Part shown: positions 10,067 through 18,207 of the stretch, in pieces
How the letters are laid out: each line of letters begins with the position of its first letter
Position numbering within the stretch: position 1 is the first letter of the stretch
Virus record (IMG/VR): IMGVR_UViG_3300033150_000652
Location: 1-54,059 of that record
Direction: 5' to 3' (one strand)
DNA length: 54,059 bases
DNA from: a virus
Taxonomy: Duplodnaviria > Caudoviricetes
Program-made: the position numbers and the translations under genes
Notes under the pieces: generated by a model
Database searches by the model: none
What the model saw: the letters and a program-made list of their open reading frames with translations, nothing else
What the model was told of the DNA's origin: nothing

Positions 10067-10612
10067 CTATGCCCCCATTGGCATTCCTGGCCTTATTCCA
10101 CCCATCGGTGGTCTCATTCCTGGCCCCCCACCCATTCCTGGGGGCGCACCTAATCTACCCTGTGCTATCATGCGCATTAGCACCTGAATCCAGGGCCATA
10201 ACTGCGCCCATAGTTGGGGCGGGATATTCGCTGGCGGTGCTGGCATATTGCCCATATTCGGTGGCATAGGGCGCTGGCCCATCATCGTGGGGGGTCGCAT
10301 TCCCATTCCACCCCCAGGGGGCAGTCCAAGAGCAGGCCGAAGCCCCATTCCGCCCACGCCTGCACGCATGGGAGGACGTGCACCCATAGGTGGCCCAGCA
10401 CTTCTCGTTGGAGGCGGTGTGCCCCTCATTGGCGGTCTCATACCCGCAGGAGGAGCCTCCCTTGTTGGGGGCCGTGGTGCGCCTCTTCCTTTCTTCCTAG
10501 GCACCCAGTTGCGCAGATTTTCCTCGTCTCGCTCTTCCTCTTCGTCTCTCTCGCCCTGACGGGCCCAGTTCGCCCATCTCTTTCGTCTCTTGTCCCCACC
10601 TGGATCGTACAT
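10067..10612 (-). CDS. Low-complexity P/G/M/R-rich protein
   Basis: SD GGAGG; MYDPGG N-terminus; MRPP repeats. Confidence 0.65.
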   Translation of the reverse strand: MYDPGGDKRRKRWANWARQGERDEEEERDEENLRNWVPRKKGRGAPRPPTREAPPAGMRPPMRGTPPPTRSAGPPMGARPPMRAGVGGMGLRPALGLPPGGGMGMRPPTMMGQRPMPPNMGNMPAPPANIPPQLWAQLWPWIQVLMRMIAQGRLGAPPGMGGGPGMRPPMGGIRPGMPMGA

Positions 10613-10879
10613 TTATTCCTCCTTTTTACTTATTTGTATTCCGAAACAGCGCCCGCAGTTGGCGCATTTCCACAGTTCATCCCCTCCGCCACCTATGTAA
10701 ACGGATACTTCCAACCTCTCAACGTCTGGACTCCCGCAGTGGGGACAGTTCAGGCGCTTTTGGGCCAGGTGGTGTAGTAAGGATTTACTGGCCGATAAAT
10801 GATGTAATATGTTGGTGATTCTGGCTCTCCCAACCGACGTAGCATCCATTCTGCCAATCTCACCTGCAATTCCAACCAT
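10613..10879 (-). CDS. Zinc-ribbon protein (start uncertain)
   Basis: CPHCGS...WKCANCG near the C-terminus. Confidence 0.45.
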   Translation of the reverse strand: MVGIAGEIGRMDATSVGRARITNILHHLSASKSLLHHLAQKRLNCPHCGSPDVERLEVSVYIGGGGDELWKCANCGRCFGIQISKKEE

Positions 10880-10915
10880 ACGATTTGAATTATAAGTTTT
10901 ATCATCTCACTCGTC

Positions 10916-12301
10916 CTAAAAGTTAAACGGACTTCGCCATCGTGCTCTACGTTTCCTCTTGATGATGCCGTAATGGTCTACTAAGGCGTAAATCAGGGCC
11001 TTAATACTATCGCAATATCTATCTATCGGTTTATCGCTGACTGGCTTCCCCTCTTTATCTTTGGGATATTGATACAGCCCGAATTCCTTGAATATTCCCT
11101 TACAAGCAGGATTAAACTTAACCCTGGGCCTTCCATCGGCGGGGTTCTTCAAAAATGTATGTAAAACATATATCCCGTCTTTTATCATCACGGGTCGGGA
11201 TACAACTGGTATGCTCGTTAACGCTGACCAGACTTCAATCGGCGCTTTCCCCGCCTGGGCGTGCTGCCTGCCTCCAAAGTGGCATATCACAATCTTATCT
11301 ACCTTCTTCCACCAGGGCTTTAACTTACAGGCGTAAATTACCTCCTCATGCACCATCTTTTGCAAATACAATTCGTCAATGACTTCCACATCATTGCCAT
11401 AAAACTGCATGGCTAAGCAGGCGTAATAACTTCCACCCGCATCACCCCTGTATCCTGGGTCTATAGCCAGCACAACGTCTTCTTTCTCGTTAAACTTAAC
11501 GTCAAATGATACGTGAGTGGCATAATCGAATTCTGGGAACACGACCGTAGCGGGTGGACAGGGCACGGCACCGCATCTTTCCATGAACATGGCATGGGTG
11601 TACATCTTCTCCAGTTTGATTATCTCTGGGTCTTCTCTACCCCCTGGGTATATCTTGGTATTTGCCCAGGAGGGGATGGAGAAACTTACCCCGCCCTCAA
11701 AGTTATCGCCCTGCCATCTTTTCCATAAATCAACGTACCAGCCGAAACTTCCCTCGAAGGTTCCTATCAATAATAACCAGCCCCGCTTTTCAGCCACCCT
11801 ACCGACTAACCTCAAGTACGTTTCTTCCGTCATCTGGGCAGCCTCGCACATAAGAATCCCATCGGGGGCTTTCGCTGCCAGTTTAACAGGGTCTTCCGCC
11901 GTTTTCGTCTCCAGGGTAACGCCAGTCTTAGTTATTAAAGTACATGGCCCCTGCCTAGGCCAGGAGATAGTCTGTATGTATGCTTCGTGAAACCTCTTCA
12001 GCCATTCCACTACGTAAGTGAATTCTGGCCTTGTTAATTCATATGTCTGCGCTACTAACCAGTATAGCGCTCCTGGGGGAGCAAACAGTATATCTGAGGC
12101 TAACTCCGCTGCCCCACACAAACTCTTTCCCGCTCGCTCTCCCCCAGCAACTAACCTATTCCGCTCATTACATTTATGCACAGGAATCTGACCCTCATGA
12201 GGGTCGTATCCAATCCTATCGAATACACGTAGTTTGTCTTCAAACGAAGCATACATTATCTGCCTGCGAGAAAGGTATCTCTTAATATTGGGGGCGGACA
12301 A
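10916..12301 (-). CDS. terL: Terminase large subunit
   Basis: YDPHEGQ Q-motif, Walker A AGGERAGKS, Walker B-like ILMCEAAQ, RNase H-like AIDPGY and VIDELY. Confidence 0.92.
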   Translation of the reverse strand: MSAPNIKRYLSRRQIMYASFEDKLRVFDRIGYDPHEGQIPVHKCNERNRLVAGGERAGKSLCGAAELASDILFAPPGALYWLVAQTYELTRPEFTYVVEWLKRFHEAYIQTISWPRQGPCTLITKTGVTLETKTAEDPVKLAAKAPDGILMCEAAQMTEETYLRLVGRVAEKRGWLLLIGTFEGSFGWYVDLWKRWQGDNFEGGVSFSIPSWANTKIYPGGREDPEIIKLEKMYTHAMFMERCGAVPCPPATVVFPEFDYATHVSFDVKFNEKEDVVLAIDPGYRGDAGGSYYACLAMQFYGNDVEVIDELYLQKMVHEEVIYACKLKPWWKKVDKIVICHFGGRQHAQAGKAPIEVWSALTSIPVVSRPVMIKDGIYVLHTFLKNPADGRPRVKFNPACKGIFKEFGLYQYPKDKEGKPVSDKPIDRYCDSIKALIYALVDHYGIIKRKRRARWRSPFNF

Positions 12302-12359
12302 TCTCCCCGCACAACAGTGGGGAAATTGTTAAGACAAATCTCCCCTGCCCTGTTAATCG

Positions 12360-12602
12360 CTATGTGATAGATGATCCTCTGCTAATCCCTGTGCGATAGA
12401 TGATATCCCCCGTTGCCTCTGTGGGCTCCGCCTCTCGCGCAACAATGGGAGAGTCGTTAAGATAAATCTCCTCTGCTGTGCTAATCCCCGTGCGATAGAG
12501 TATATCCTCGCCCACCCTTGTTGGCCTTGCCCCTCCACAATTAGGGCATTTAGCCCTATTGCCCTCTACAATAGAGCCGCAATATTCACACTTCCAATAC
12601 AT
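12360..12602 (-). CDS. Zinc-ribbon protein with duplicated DIxYRTGIS motif
   Basis: WKCEYCG...KCPNCGG; SD GGAGG. Confidence 0.65.
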   Translation of the reverse strand: MYWKCEYCGSIVEGNRAKCPNCGGARPTRVGEDILYRTGISTAEEIYLNDSPIVAREAEPTEATGDIIYRTGISRGSSIT

Positions 12603-12618
12603 TTCAGCCTCCCCTAGA

Positions 12619-12867
12619 TTATTTTTCTTTTTTATTTTTCATCGCCTCTTCGTATACCCGATTGATTTCCTCGTATATCGCCTCCATCTGTGGGTATTTC
12701 TCTGGGTCGTATTCGGGCATGTCATGGAGCATCACTTGTATCTCCAACAATATCTGCGATACGCCATGTATAAAGTTCGCTACTTGCCCTAAATACTCCC
12801 GTATCTGTTCCTGCCTCTTCGCTAATGCCATAACGAAATGCACTAGTTCTTTGTTATCATTTTCCAT
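12619..12867 (-). CDS. Hypothetical helical protein
   Basis: SD GGAG; contiguous with neighbours. Confidence 0.65.
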   Translation of the reverse strand: MENDNKELVHFVMALAKRQEQIREYLGQVANFIHGVSQILLEIQVMLHDMPEYDPEKYPQMEAIYEEINRVYEEAMKNKKEK

Positions 12868-13063
12868 GTTTATTCTCCATTTCTTGATGCACTATATAGC
12901 GAATAAGGCAGGAAAGGGAACAAAACTGCTTGCCTGGCTGCTTGGTATCTTGCCAGCAGGTTCCCTCCCACTCATCGCCACAATAATCACAAGTCCCCCT
13001 TAGTAACCTCAGGTTCTGGAACGCAGTGCGAAGAAACCCCGATGTTTTGTCAGTATTTTTCAT
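12857..13063 (-). CDS. Small zinc-finger protein
   Basis: CDYCG...FCSLSC. Confidence 0.6.
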   Translation of the reverse strand: MKNTDKTSGFLRTAFQNLRLLRGTCDYCGDEWEGTCWQDTKQPGKQFCSLSCLIRYIVHQEMENKHGK

Positions 13064-13066
13064 TTG

Positions 13067-13315
13067 TTAAACCTCCCCATAAAGTGAACAAAGAGCAGAT
13101 ATACAGACACGCACTAACGATAGCATTCCATCTGGGCGCAGAAGAATAATGCACGATTTAGGACTATCCCCCTCCCTGTCAATAGCAATGTATAGAGGCT
13201 CATGCTCATGCCCCCCTGCTCGACCCGCATGTATTGCCATGTTATCATACTTCTGGATGTCAATGGATTGCAAGGTGATTTTACCGCCATCAACTGTGGG
13301 TAGTATACGTATCAT
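13067..13315 (-). CDS. Hypothetical protein
   Basis: SD GGGGAG upstream; contiguous. Confidence 0.55.
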   Translation of the reverse strand: MIRILPTVDGGKITLQSIDIQKYDNMAIHAGRAGGHEHEPLYIAIDREGDSPKSCIILLRPDGMLSLVRVCISALCSLYGEV

Positions 13316-13333
13316 CTGTTAACTCCCCCTTTT

Positions 13334-13395
13334 TAGCAGGGGCCGCCTTTCGACGGCCCCGCACTCCGCCACCGAAGCGACGGAGGAGACCGCTA
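13334..13395 (-). other. Structured RNA element: UUCG and GAAA tetraloop hairpins
   Basis: CUCCGUCGC-UUCG-GUGGCGGAG and GGGGCCGUC-GAAA-GGCGGCCCC directly upstream of the SD of 13315. Confidence 0.5.
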
Positions 13396-13638
13396 GTAAA
13401 CCCAATCCGTTTGTCATGTGCTAATCCTGTTATTGTAAAGCCTAGAATTTGCGGTAGTAAATGGAAGGGAGGGACCCTACTACGAGACACTGCTTCGCTT
13501 AAGGCCATGCATGTATATCCCCCCATAGTGGTAGGGCGACGGTACGGAGGGGAGGCAGGGAAGGAAGTATGTATCGTATCGGCGCTGACCCCCAAACCCT
13601 CATCATCTCTACGCCCAGCCCGAACTGCGAACTCGAAC

Positions 13639-13773
13639 TCAATAACACAATCGCACAAGTGCAATCAACACACACATTGCCAGCGTTCCCGATAACATGT
13701 ATAGCGCTAAGCCGATTGCCACACATAGCATTATGATTACAAACTTCACCACGCTATCAAGTACACGTATCAT
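13639..13773 (-). CDS. Small membrane peptide 4 (44 aa)
   Basis: MIRVLDSVVKFVIIMLCVAIGLALYMLSGTLAMCVLIALVRLCY; ATGA overlap with peptide 3. Confidence 0.5.
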   Translation of the reverse strand: MIRVLDSVVKFVIIMLCVAIGLALYMLSGTLAMCVLIALVRLCY

Positions 13774-13862
13774 CGTGACAACACATATGCTACGTACAGT
13801 AACAGTAACACGATGTATGTAATCGCATGCGTGACAAGCCACACGGCCATACGCTTAATCAT
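13770..13862 (-). CDS. Small membrane peptide 3 (30 aa)
   Basis: MIKRMAVWLVTHAITYIVLLLLYVAYVLSR; ATGA overlaps at both ends. Confidence 0.5.
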   Translation of the reverse strand: MIKRMAVWLVTHAITYIVLLLLYVAYVLSR

Positions 13863-13939
13863 CGCACACACCACGCCAACCAAAACGCAACGATTACAAA
13901 CACAACCGCAATTGCAAACTGCCAGTCTCTATTCTTCAT
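13859..13939 (-). CDS. Small membrane peptide 2 (26 aa)
   Basis: MKNRDWQFAIAVVFVIVAFWLAWCVR; overlapping start and stop. Confidence 0.5.
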   Translation of the reverse strand: MKNRDWQFAIAVVFVIVAFWLAWCVR

Positions 13940-14033
13940 CACGCACCCCGCATATCCACAGTAGCACTACAGCGATTGCCCACAACACGCAGCGCACCAC
14001 GCACATTATCGCATCATGTATCCACTCACGCAT
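13929..14033 (-). CDS. Small membrane peptide 1 (34 aa)
   Basis: MREWIHDAIMCVVRCVLWAIAVVLLWICGVRDEE; start overlaps the end of TerS. Confidence 0.5.
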   Translation of the reverse strand: MREWIHDAIMCVVRCVLWAIAVVLLWICGVRDEE

Positions 14034-14391
14034 CGCTTTTATCGCCATGCTTGCCATACCACAACTCTCTTATCTGATCTATTAACTCGCTATCGGTAAT
14101 ATCTATACGTGCCTGAGGCGGAAGCCCTAAGATATACTTTATCACCAACTCTGCGGCTTTCGTATTGCCCTTCTCTGCCTGTGCAAATAACGCATCAATT
14201 ACTTTCGCGAATCGCTCCTCGGCTTTCGCCCGCAGTATGTCCATCATAACGCGAGTCCTGGCCCGCGGACGGCCTCCGCCCGGCAATGGTGGATGACCCT
14301 TCACAAATCGCCCCTTTTCATCACGTATGCGCACCACGGCTTCAGCCTCTTTATTCAATTCGCCAAGTTTCGGAATTTTGCCCTCAGACAC
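14026..14391 (-). CDS. terS: Terminase small subunit (putative)
   Basis: RDEKGRFVKGH...GGGRP motif and AEKGNTKAA..; first gene of the late operon. Confidence 0.75.
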   Translation of the reverse strand: MSEGKIPKLGELNKEAEAVVRIRDEKGRFVKGHPPLPGGGRPRARTRVMMDILRAKAEERFAKVIDALFAQAEKGNTKAAELVIKYILGLPPQARIDITDSELIDQIRELWYGKHGDKSDA

Positions 14392-14474
14392 AGCACCAGC
14401 CCTCCAAAACTGGATTTCTCGTTTCCTCTTTTCAGAAACACCGTTTCCATTCTCACGCCTCTCTGTTCACGTCT

Positions 14475-14503
14475 ATCATACCACAAACGTGCGCCAAACG
14501 CAA
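14475..14503 (-). promoter_or_regulatory. Late-operon promoter
   Basis: TTGCGT-17-TATGAT with extended -10, carrying the GTTTGTGGTATGAT motif. Confidence 0.65.
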
Positions 14504-14599
14504 ATTCACATCACACATACCCGTATAGAGTATACTTTTGCATGTTTATGTCAACGCCCTTCGTGTAGTACTTGTAATAATGTCAACTTACTTTTCTTC

Positions 14600-14683
14600 G
14601 TTATCACAAAGCAATCCGTGATAACCGCCATTATAGTCAAGCCGAACGCTGTTATCATCAATGTGAGTTGTAAACTTGATAAC
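14600..14683. repeat. Four GTTATCA/TGATAAC boxes forming two inverted pairs
   Basis: 14600-14607/14618-14625 and 14651-14657/14677-14683, in the AT-rich divergent intergenic region. Confidence 0.6.
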
Positions 14684-14776
14684 GATATTGTCAAGATTAT
14701 TAGATTACAGTATAAGAGAAGATTACAGTTTTTTCATATTCACGAAATTCATACCCTCGCGGGGTATCGCAAGGTA

Positions 14777-14804
14777 TTGACTTTCAGAAATTCTATGCTA
14801 TACT
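14777..14804 (+). promoter_or_regulatory. Early promoter
   Basis: TTGACT-16-TATACT with extended -10 TGc. Confidence 0.7.
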
Positions 14805-14835
14805 GAAAGCGCAAAACTGAAAGGAGAGAAGTAAG

Positions 14836-15039
14836 ATGATCACTACCACAAAACAAGTATCGAACGAAACCTGGAGATTATATCTCCCGCAAAACGATGA
14901 AGAGCACAAAGCGCTAAACCGTTTCGCAACATTCAATCACAGTATCAAAGATAACATACATTATACTTTCGTTGACTTCTTCAACAACACAGAGTATCTC
15001 AACAAATTCAAATCACAATTTGAAGTAATCGAACTATAA
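14836..15039 (+). CDS. Early hypothetical protein
   Basis: SD AAAGGAGAGAAG. Confidence 0.7.
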   Translation: MITTTKQVSNETWRLYLPQNDEEHKALNRFATFNHSIKDNIHYTFVDFFNNTEYLNKFKSQFEVIEL

Positions 15040-15045
15040 CCAAAA

Positions 15046-15084
15046 CGGGGGCCGCGCATCCGTCACCACGCGGAGGAGGATAAA
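15046..15084 (+). repeat. Intergenic element A, copy 1 (39 bp; hairpin plus SD)
   Basis: Identical to 15641-15679. Confidence 0.9.
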
Positions 15085-15085
15085 G

Positions 15086-15295
15086 ATGAAACACTATGCG
15101 TATATCGAAACTCGCGAGCCCGGCCCACGCTCTCCGGGCGAGCGGGTGGAGACAAGCCCGGCAGTATACCCTTACCGCGCTTCCGCACAAGAGCGAAACG
15201 CGGCCGGGGATACTATCTTCCGCCGCTTTGTCGGATGTTTTGACACATTCGACAAAGCATGGAAAGCAGCAGAAGCCGCGCTAAATGACAACTGA
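15086..15295 (+). CDS. Early hypothetical protein
   Basis: SD supplied by element A. Confidence 0.7.
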   Translation: MKHYAYIETREPGPRSPGERVETSPAVYPYRASAQERNAAGDTIFRRFVGCFDTFDKAWKAAEAALNDN

Positions 15296-15360
15296 ATAGT
15301 TTTACCTTCACCCTGCCCCTCACCCGCTGGGGGGCAGGACTGAGGGCAAAACAAGAAAGG
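15295..15360 (+). repeat. Intergenic element B, copy 1 (long hairpin plus SD)
   Basis: AATAGTTTTACCTTCACCCT...TGAGGGCAAAAC shared with 15837-15902. Confidence 0.85.
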
Positions 15361-15363
15361 AGA

Positions 15364-15603
15364 ATGAAAGTGAAACACGTGATTTATATCTACAACGAAG
15401 AATATTTCGATGCTCACGACGATTTTTATAAAGTCATTGTCCACACCAAGCATCCTTGCTGGTGTGGGGAGTGGGATTACTGTATTGATGATGAGACTTT
15501 TGAACTCCTCCGTCTCCGGTTGGCCCCGCTCTTCGAGGAGTGGGAAGTGGCGGGGGTAGATCATGGCTTCCTGGATTGGTTCAATGAGTCAGTTTGTCTA
15601 TAG
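15364..15603 (+). CDS. Early hypothetical protein
   Basis: SD AAAGGAG. Confidence 0.7.
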   Translation: MKVKHVIYIYNEEYFDAHDDFYKVIVHTKHPCWCGEWDYCIDDETFELLRLRLAPLFEEWEVAGVDHGFLDWFNESVCL

Positions 15604-15640
15604 TCTTTCAGTATCCTCTAGTCGGATCGAAGGATTGAAT

Positions 15641-15679
15641 CGGGGGCCGCGCATCCGTCACCACGCGGAGGAGGATAAA
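15641..15679 (+). repeat. Intergenic element A, copy 2
   Basis: Identical to 15046-15084. Confidence 0.9.
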
Positions 15680-15841
15680 ATGAAGGCAGTAAAGATGACC
15701 GCCAACGGCAAAATCAAATGCCCAGGATGCGGGCGCAAAATCAAGGCAGAGTACCGCCAACAGACCCCCGCGCCATGCGGTTGCGATTGGGTCTGGGAAA
15801 ACGGCCGTCTGATCGCCGTCCCGCATCGCACAATTAAATAG
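15680..15841 (+). CDS. Small zinc-ribbon protein
   Basis: ATG at 15680 after element A; CPGCG...CGC. Confidence 0.7.
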   Translation: MKAVKMTANGKIKCPGCGRKIKAEYRQQTPAPCGCDWVWENGRLIAVPHRTIK

Positions 15842-15902
15842 TTTTACCTTCACCCTCCGCATTACTCCGGTAGTGCGGAGGAATGAGGGCAAAACTGAAA
15901 GG
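15837..15902 (+). repeat. Intergenic element B, copy 2
   Basis: Same basal stem as copy 1 with a different but fully paired apical stem. Confidence 0.85.
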
Positions 15903-15912
15903 GAAAAAGAAA

Positions 15913-16206
15913 ATGCAAATCATGAGAATCAAAAATAAAAATAAATATGTGAAGATCGTAGACCCCCCACCCTGGCGGGAGCCGCCGCGACCCAACTTCA
16001 TTTACGTTTGCACCGTCACCCTCTGGCCCACGTCAATCTTCGGCCAGATTGAGACTTGTGGTTGGATCGAAAGCGATAAACTTGAAGCCTTACCCACCAA
16101 GCAACACAAAAAGATAGAACGCCAATACCAAGCCTTGCTGGACAGGCAAAACGAGCGATCAGAAGCATGGCATAATATATATAAAAGTACGAAAGGAGAG
16201 AAATAA
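15913..16206 (+). CDS. Early hypothetical protein
   Basis: ATG after element B. Confidence 0.6.
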   Translation: MQIMRIKNKNKYVKIVDPPPWREPPRPNFIYVCTVTLWPTSIFGQIETCGWIESDKLEALPTKQHKKIERQYQALLDRQNERSEAWHNIYKSTKGEK

Positions 16207-16207
16207 A

Positions 16208-16789
16208 ATGGGATGGACAGCACTACACCGTCAACGTGGTATCAGTACAAAAGAATTTTACCAAAAAGAACTCTGGGCCAACGGAAAGTATAAGATCATC
16301 CTCGCCTCGCAACCCAACCCATCTGAGGCATACCTAGCAGTACGACGCCCAGATGGCGCCGTGTTTGCCATGGTGTGCGCTCAGGAATGGAGGCGAGGAT
16401 ATATCAACTTTGTCTACAAAGTTGGAGATGAGGGCATGGGCCCCGCTTGGTACAACTGCCCCCGCAAGATACTAGAAGCTCTAAGCCCAGTGAAAGAGTT
16501 ATACCCCATCGAGACCTGGGCGTTCAAACACGCCGCTCTGTGGCGGGTTCGTTGCTGGCAAAGAATCCGCAAGTGGGAAAGCCTCACGCTTGGCACCCAA
16601 TTACTTTTCGATCCACCCTTGCGCCTACGCGGTGGCGGAGAGTTATGCCAAGCCACAATCACATCACTACGCCCCCTTGTGGTGCGAAGCAACGCGGGCC
16701 CTTTAGTGCGGCTCACAAAACAGTTGGCTACAGAAGCCACTATTCTACGAAAGGAGAGACATCATGAGACACTGCGGACATTGCCATGA
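16208..16789 (+). CDS. DUF6927-like protein
   Basis: MGW start; YK..DEGMGP..YNCP.KIL..LSP and WR.RC pattern. Confidence 0.6.
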   Translation: MGWTALHRQRGISTKEFYQKELWANGKYKIILASQPNPSEAYLAVRRPDGAVFAMVCAQEWRRGYINFVYKVGDEGMGPAWYNCPRKILEALSPVKELYPIETWAFKHAALWRVRCWQRIRKWESLTLGTQLLFDPPLRLRGGGELCQATITSLRPLVVRSNAGPLVRLTKQLATEATILRKERHHETLRTLP

Positions 16790-16967
16790 GTGCGGTACAC
16801 CGTTAATTAAGTGCCTTGACGGTGAGGAATGGTGCCCCAAGTGCGAGCAGTATAAGCGCTATCGCTCGCATGGGTGGCGCACCCCAGACACAACGGGGGA
16901 TTGGGAATGCCCCGATCCCCCCACAAATAAAAGGAGAGAAGTAAAATGCAAGCAATTCTATCACTAG
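16764..16967 (+). CDS. Zinc-finger protein
   Basis: CHECG...WCPKC; SD. Confidence 0.6.
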   Translation: MRHCGHCHECGTPLIKCLDGEEWCPKCEQYKRYRSHGWRTPDTTGDWECPDPPTNKRREVKCKQFYH

Positions 16968-17596
16968 ACCGTGAGCAAGCCAAAGCCCTGAAGTACATGA
17001 AAAAATTTACCTCGAAGGATAAAGACTTCCCTATCCTGCAATGCCTTCACTTTGAGGTCACGCCTGGCAAAGTGCAAATCGTAGCAGCGGATGGATACCG
17101 CCTCGCTGTTTACGCCTTGCCTTGCCAATCAGGAGATACGTTCGCCGTCAACATCCCTGCCAAGCCCTTCTGCCGCTTGCTATCCGCCCGCTACTCTACA
17201 ATTATCATGCTTACACCCGACGTGGCTAGCGTTGACGGCCTAACCGTTCAGCGCACCGAGGGCAAATATCCCAATTGGCAAGGTATCATTGGAGATACTA
17301 AACTCGCTACGCTACCCCTTACAATCAACCCTCAATATCTCCATGAATTCGCCGAGTGGCTAAAGATTTTCACTAAATGCCCATTCCCACTCAACCTCTT
17401 TACGGAGTGCTATATCCCAACGTCCTCACTCTACACTGATAGCAAAAAGCCTCACGTCTGGACTTACCGCATAGACGACTATGGGGCCTTCCTTTACATG
17501 GTCATGCCCATGAACTGGACGGGAAGCCACCCTCCATTTGTCGCCCTGAACCCTAAACACTTTACGGGAGAGAGCAAAGATGAAACTATGCCGTAA
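16946..17596 (+). CDS. DNA polymerase III beta-clamp-like protein (truncated)
   Basis: AADGYRL, GKYPNWQ.II, INPQYL and MVMPM motifs. Confidence 0.7.
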   Translation: MQAILSLDREQAKALKYMKKFTSKDKDFPILQCLHFEVTPGKVQIVAADGYRLAVYALPCQSGDTFAVNIPAKPFCRLLSARYSTIIMLTPDVASVDGLTVQRTEGKYPNWQGIIGDTKLATLPLTINPQYLHEFAEWLKIFTKCPFPLNLFTECYIPTSSLYTDSKKPHVWTYRIDDYGAFLYMVMPMNWTGSHPPFVALNPKHFTGESKDETMP

Positions 17597-17724
17597 CTGC
17601 TACCAGAGACCAACACTACCTAACCGTGAATTCTGCCTACAGTGCACACTGAAATTTCAACGCCAAATCAACACAACTGTTACAACGATATATCGCCTCA
17701 TCCAAGCGGAAAGGAATACGAAAA

Positions 17725-18195
17725 ATGAAAAATAAAATAATTCTTCTCACCCTTGCCTTGCTCTTTACGCTAACCGTACCCGTCCACGCTGGCCCTTACC
17801 TGCCGTTCTATCCCTACATATCAGAGATAAACCCCGCCGATGGGTACTTTGAGATCGCTGTGCCCTACGCCACCACACTAACCTTCGCCGTCTACGTTGA
17901 CTGTCCCGAATTCAACGATGAGCGAACGGTGGAATGGTATCACAACGTCCCACTACGCGCTGGTAAGAACGCACTATTTACCAGCATCTTCCACGACCTG
18001 AGTGGACGGGTGGAATTCGGTACATTATGCGGCCCACCCTACAGTGGCGAGCCGTGGATGTACCCCGTCAAATTCAATATCAACGACATCCCAGACGACC
18101 AAGCCTTACTTGCTATGTATACCTACGACGGCCTGACCTGGGAATACACGATTGGCAACCCATCGCCCGAATGGGTGATGATAAAATCTAAGTAA
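17725..18195 (+). CDS. Secreted protein with signal peptide
   Basis: MKNKIILLTLALLFTLTVPVHA signal; PYISEINP start is reminiscent of a lamin-tail domain. Confidence 0.65.
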   Translation: MKNKIILLTLALLFTLTVPVHAGPYLPFYPYISEINPADGYFEIAVPYATTLTFAVYVDCPEFNDERTVEWYHNVPLRAGKNALFTSIFHDLSGRVEFGTLCGPPYSGEPWMYPVKFNINDIPDDQALLAMYTYDGLTWEYTIGNPSPEWVMIKSK

Positions 18196-18207
18196 AAGGA
18201 GAGAATA

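Noticed and set aside
15295-15902. Integron attC sites or a CRISPR mini-array
   Set aside because: No RYYYAAC/GTTRRRY ends and no integrase; the intervening sequences are gene-sized, not spacer-sized
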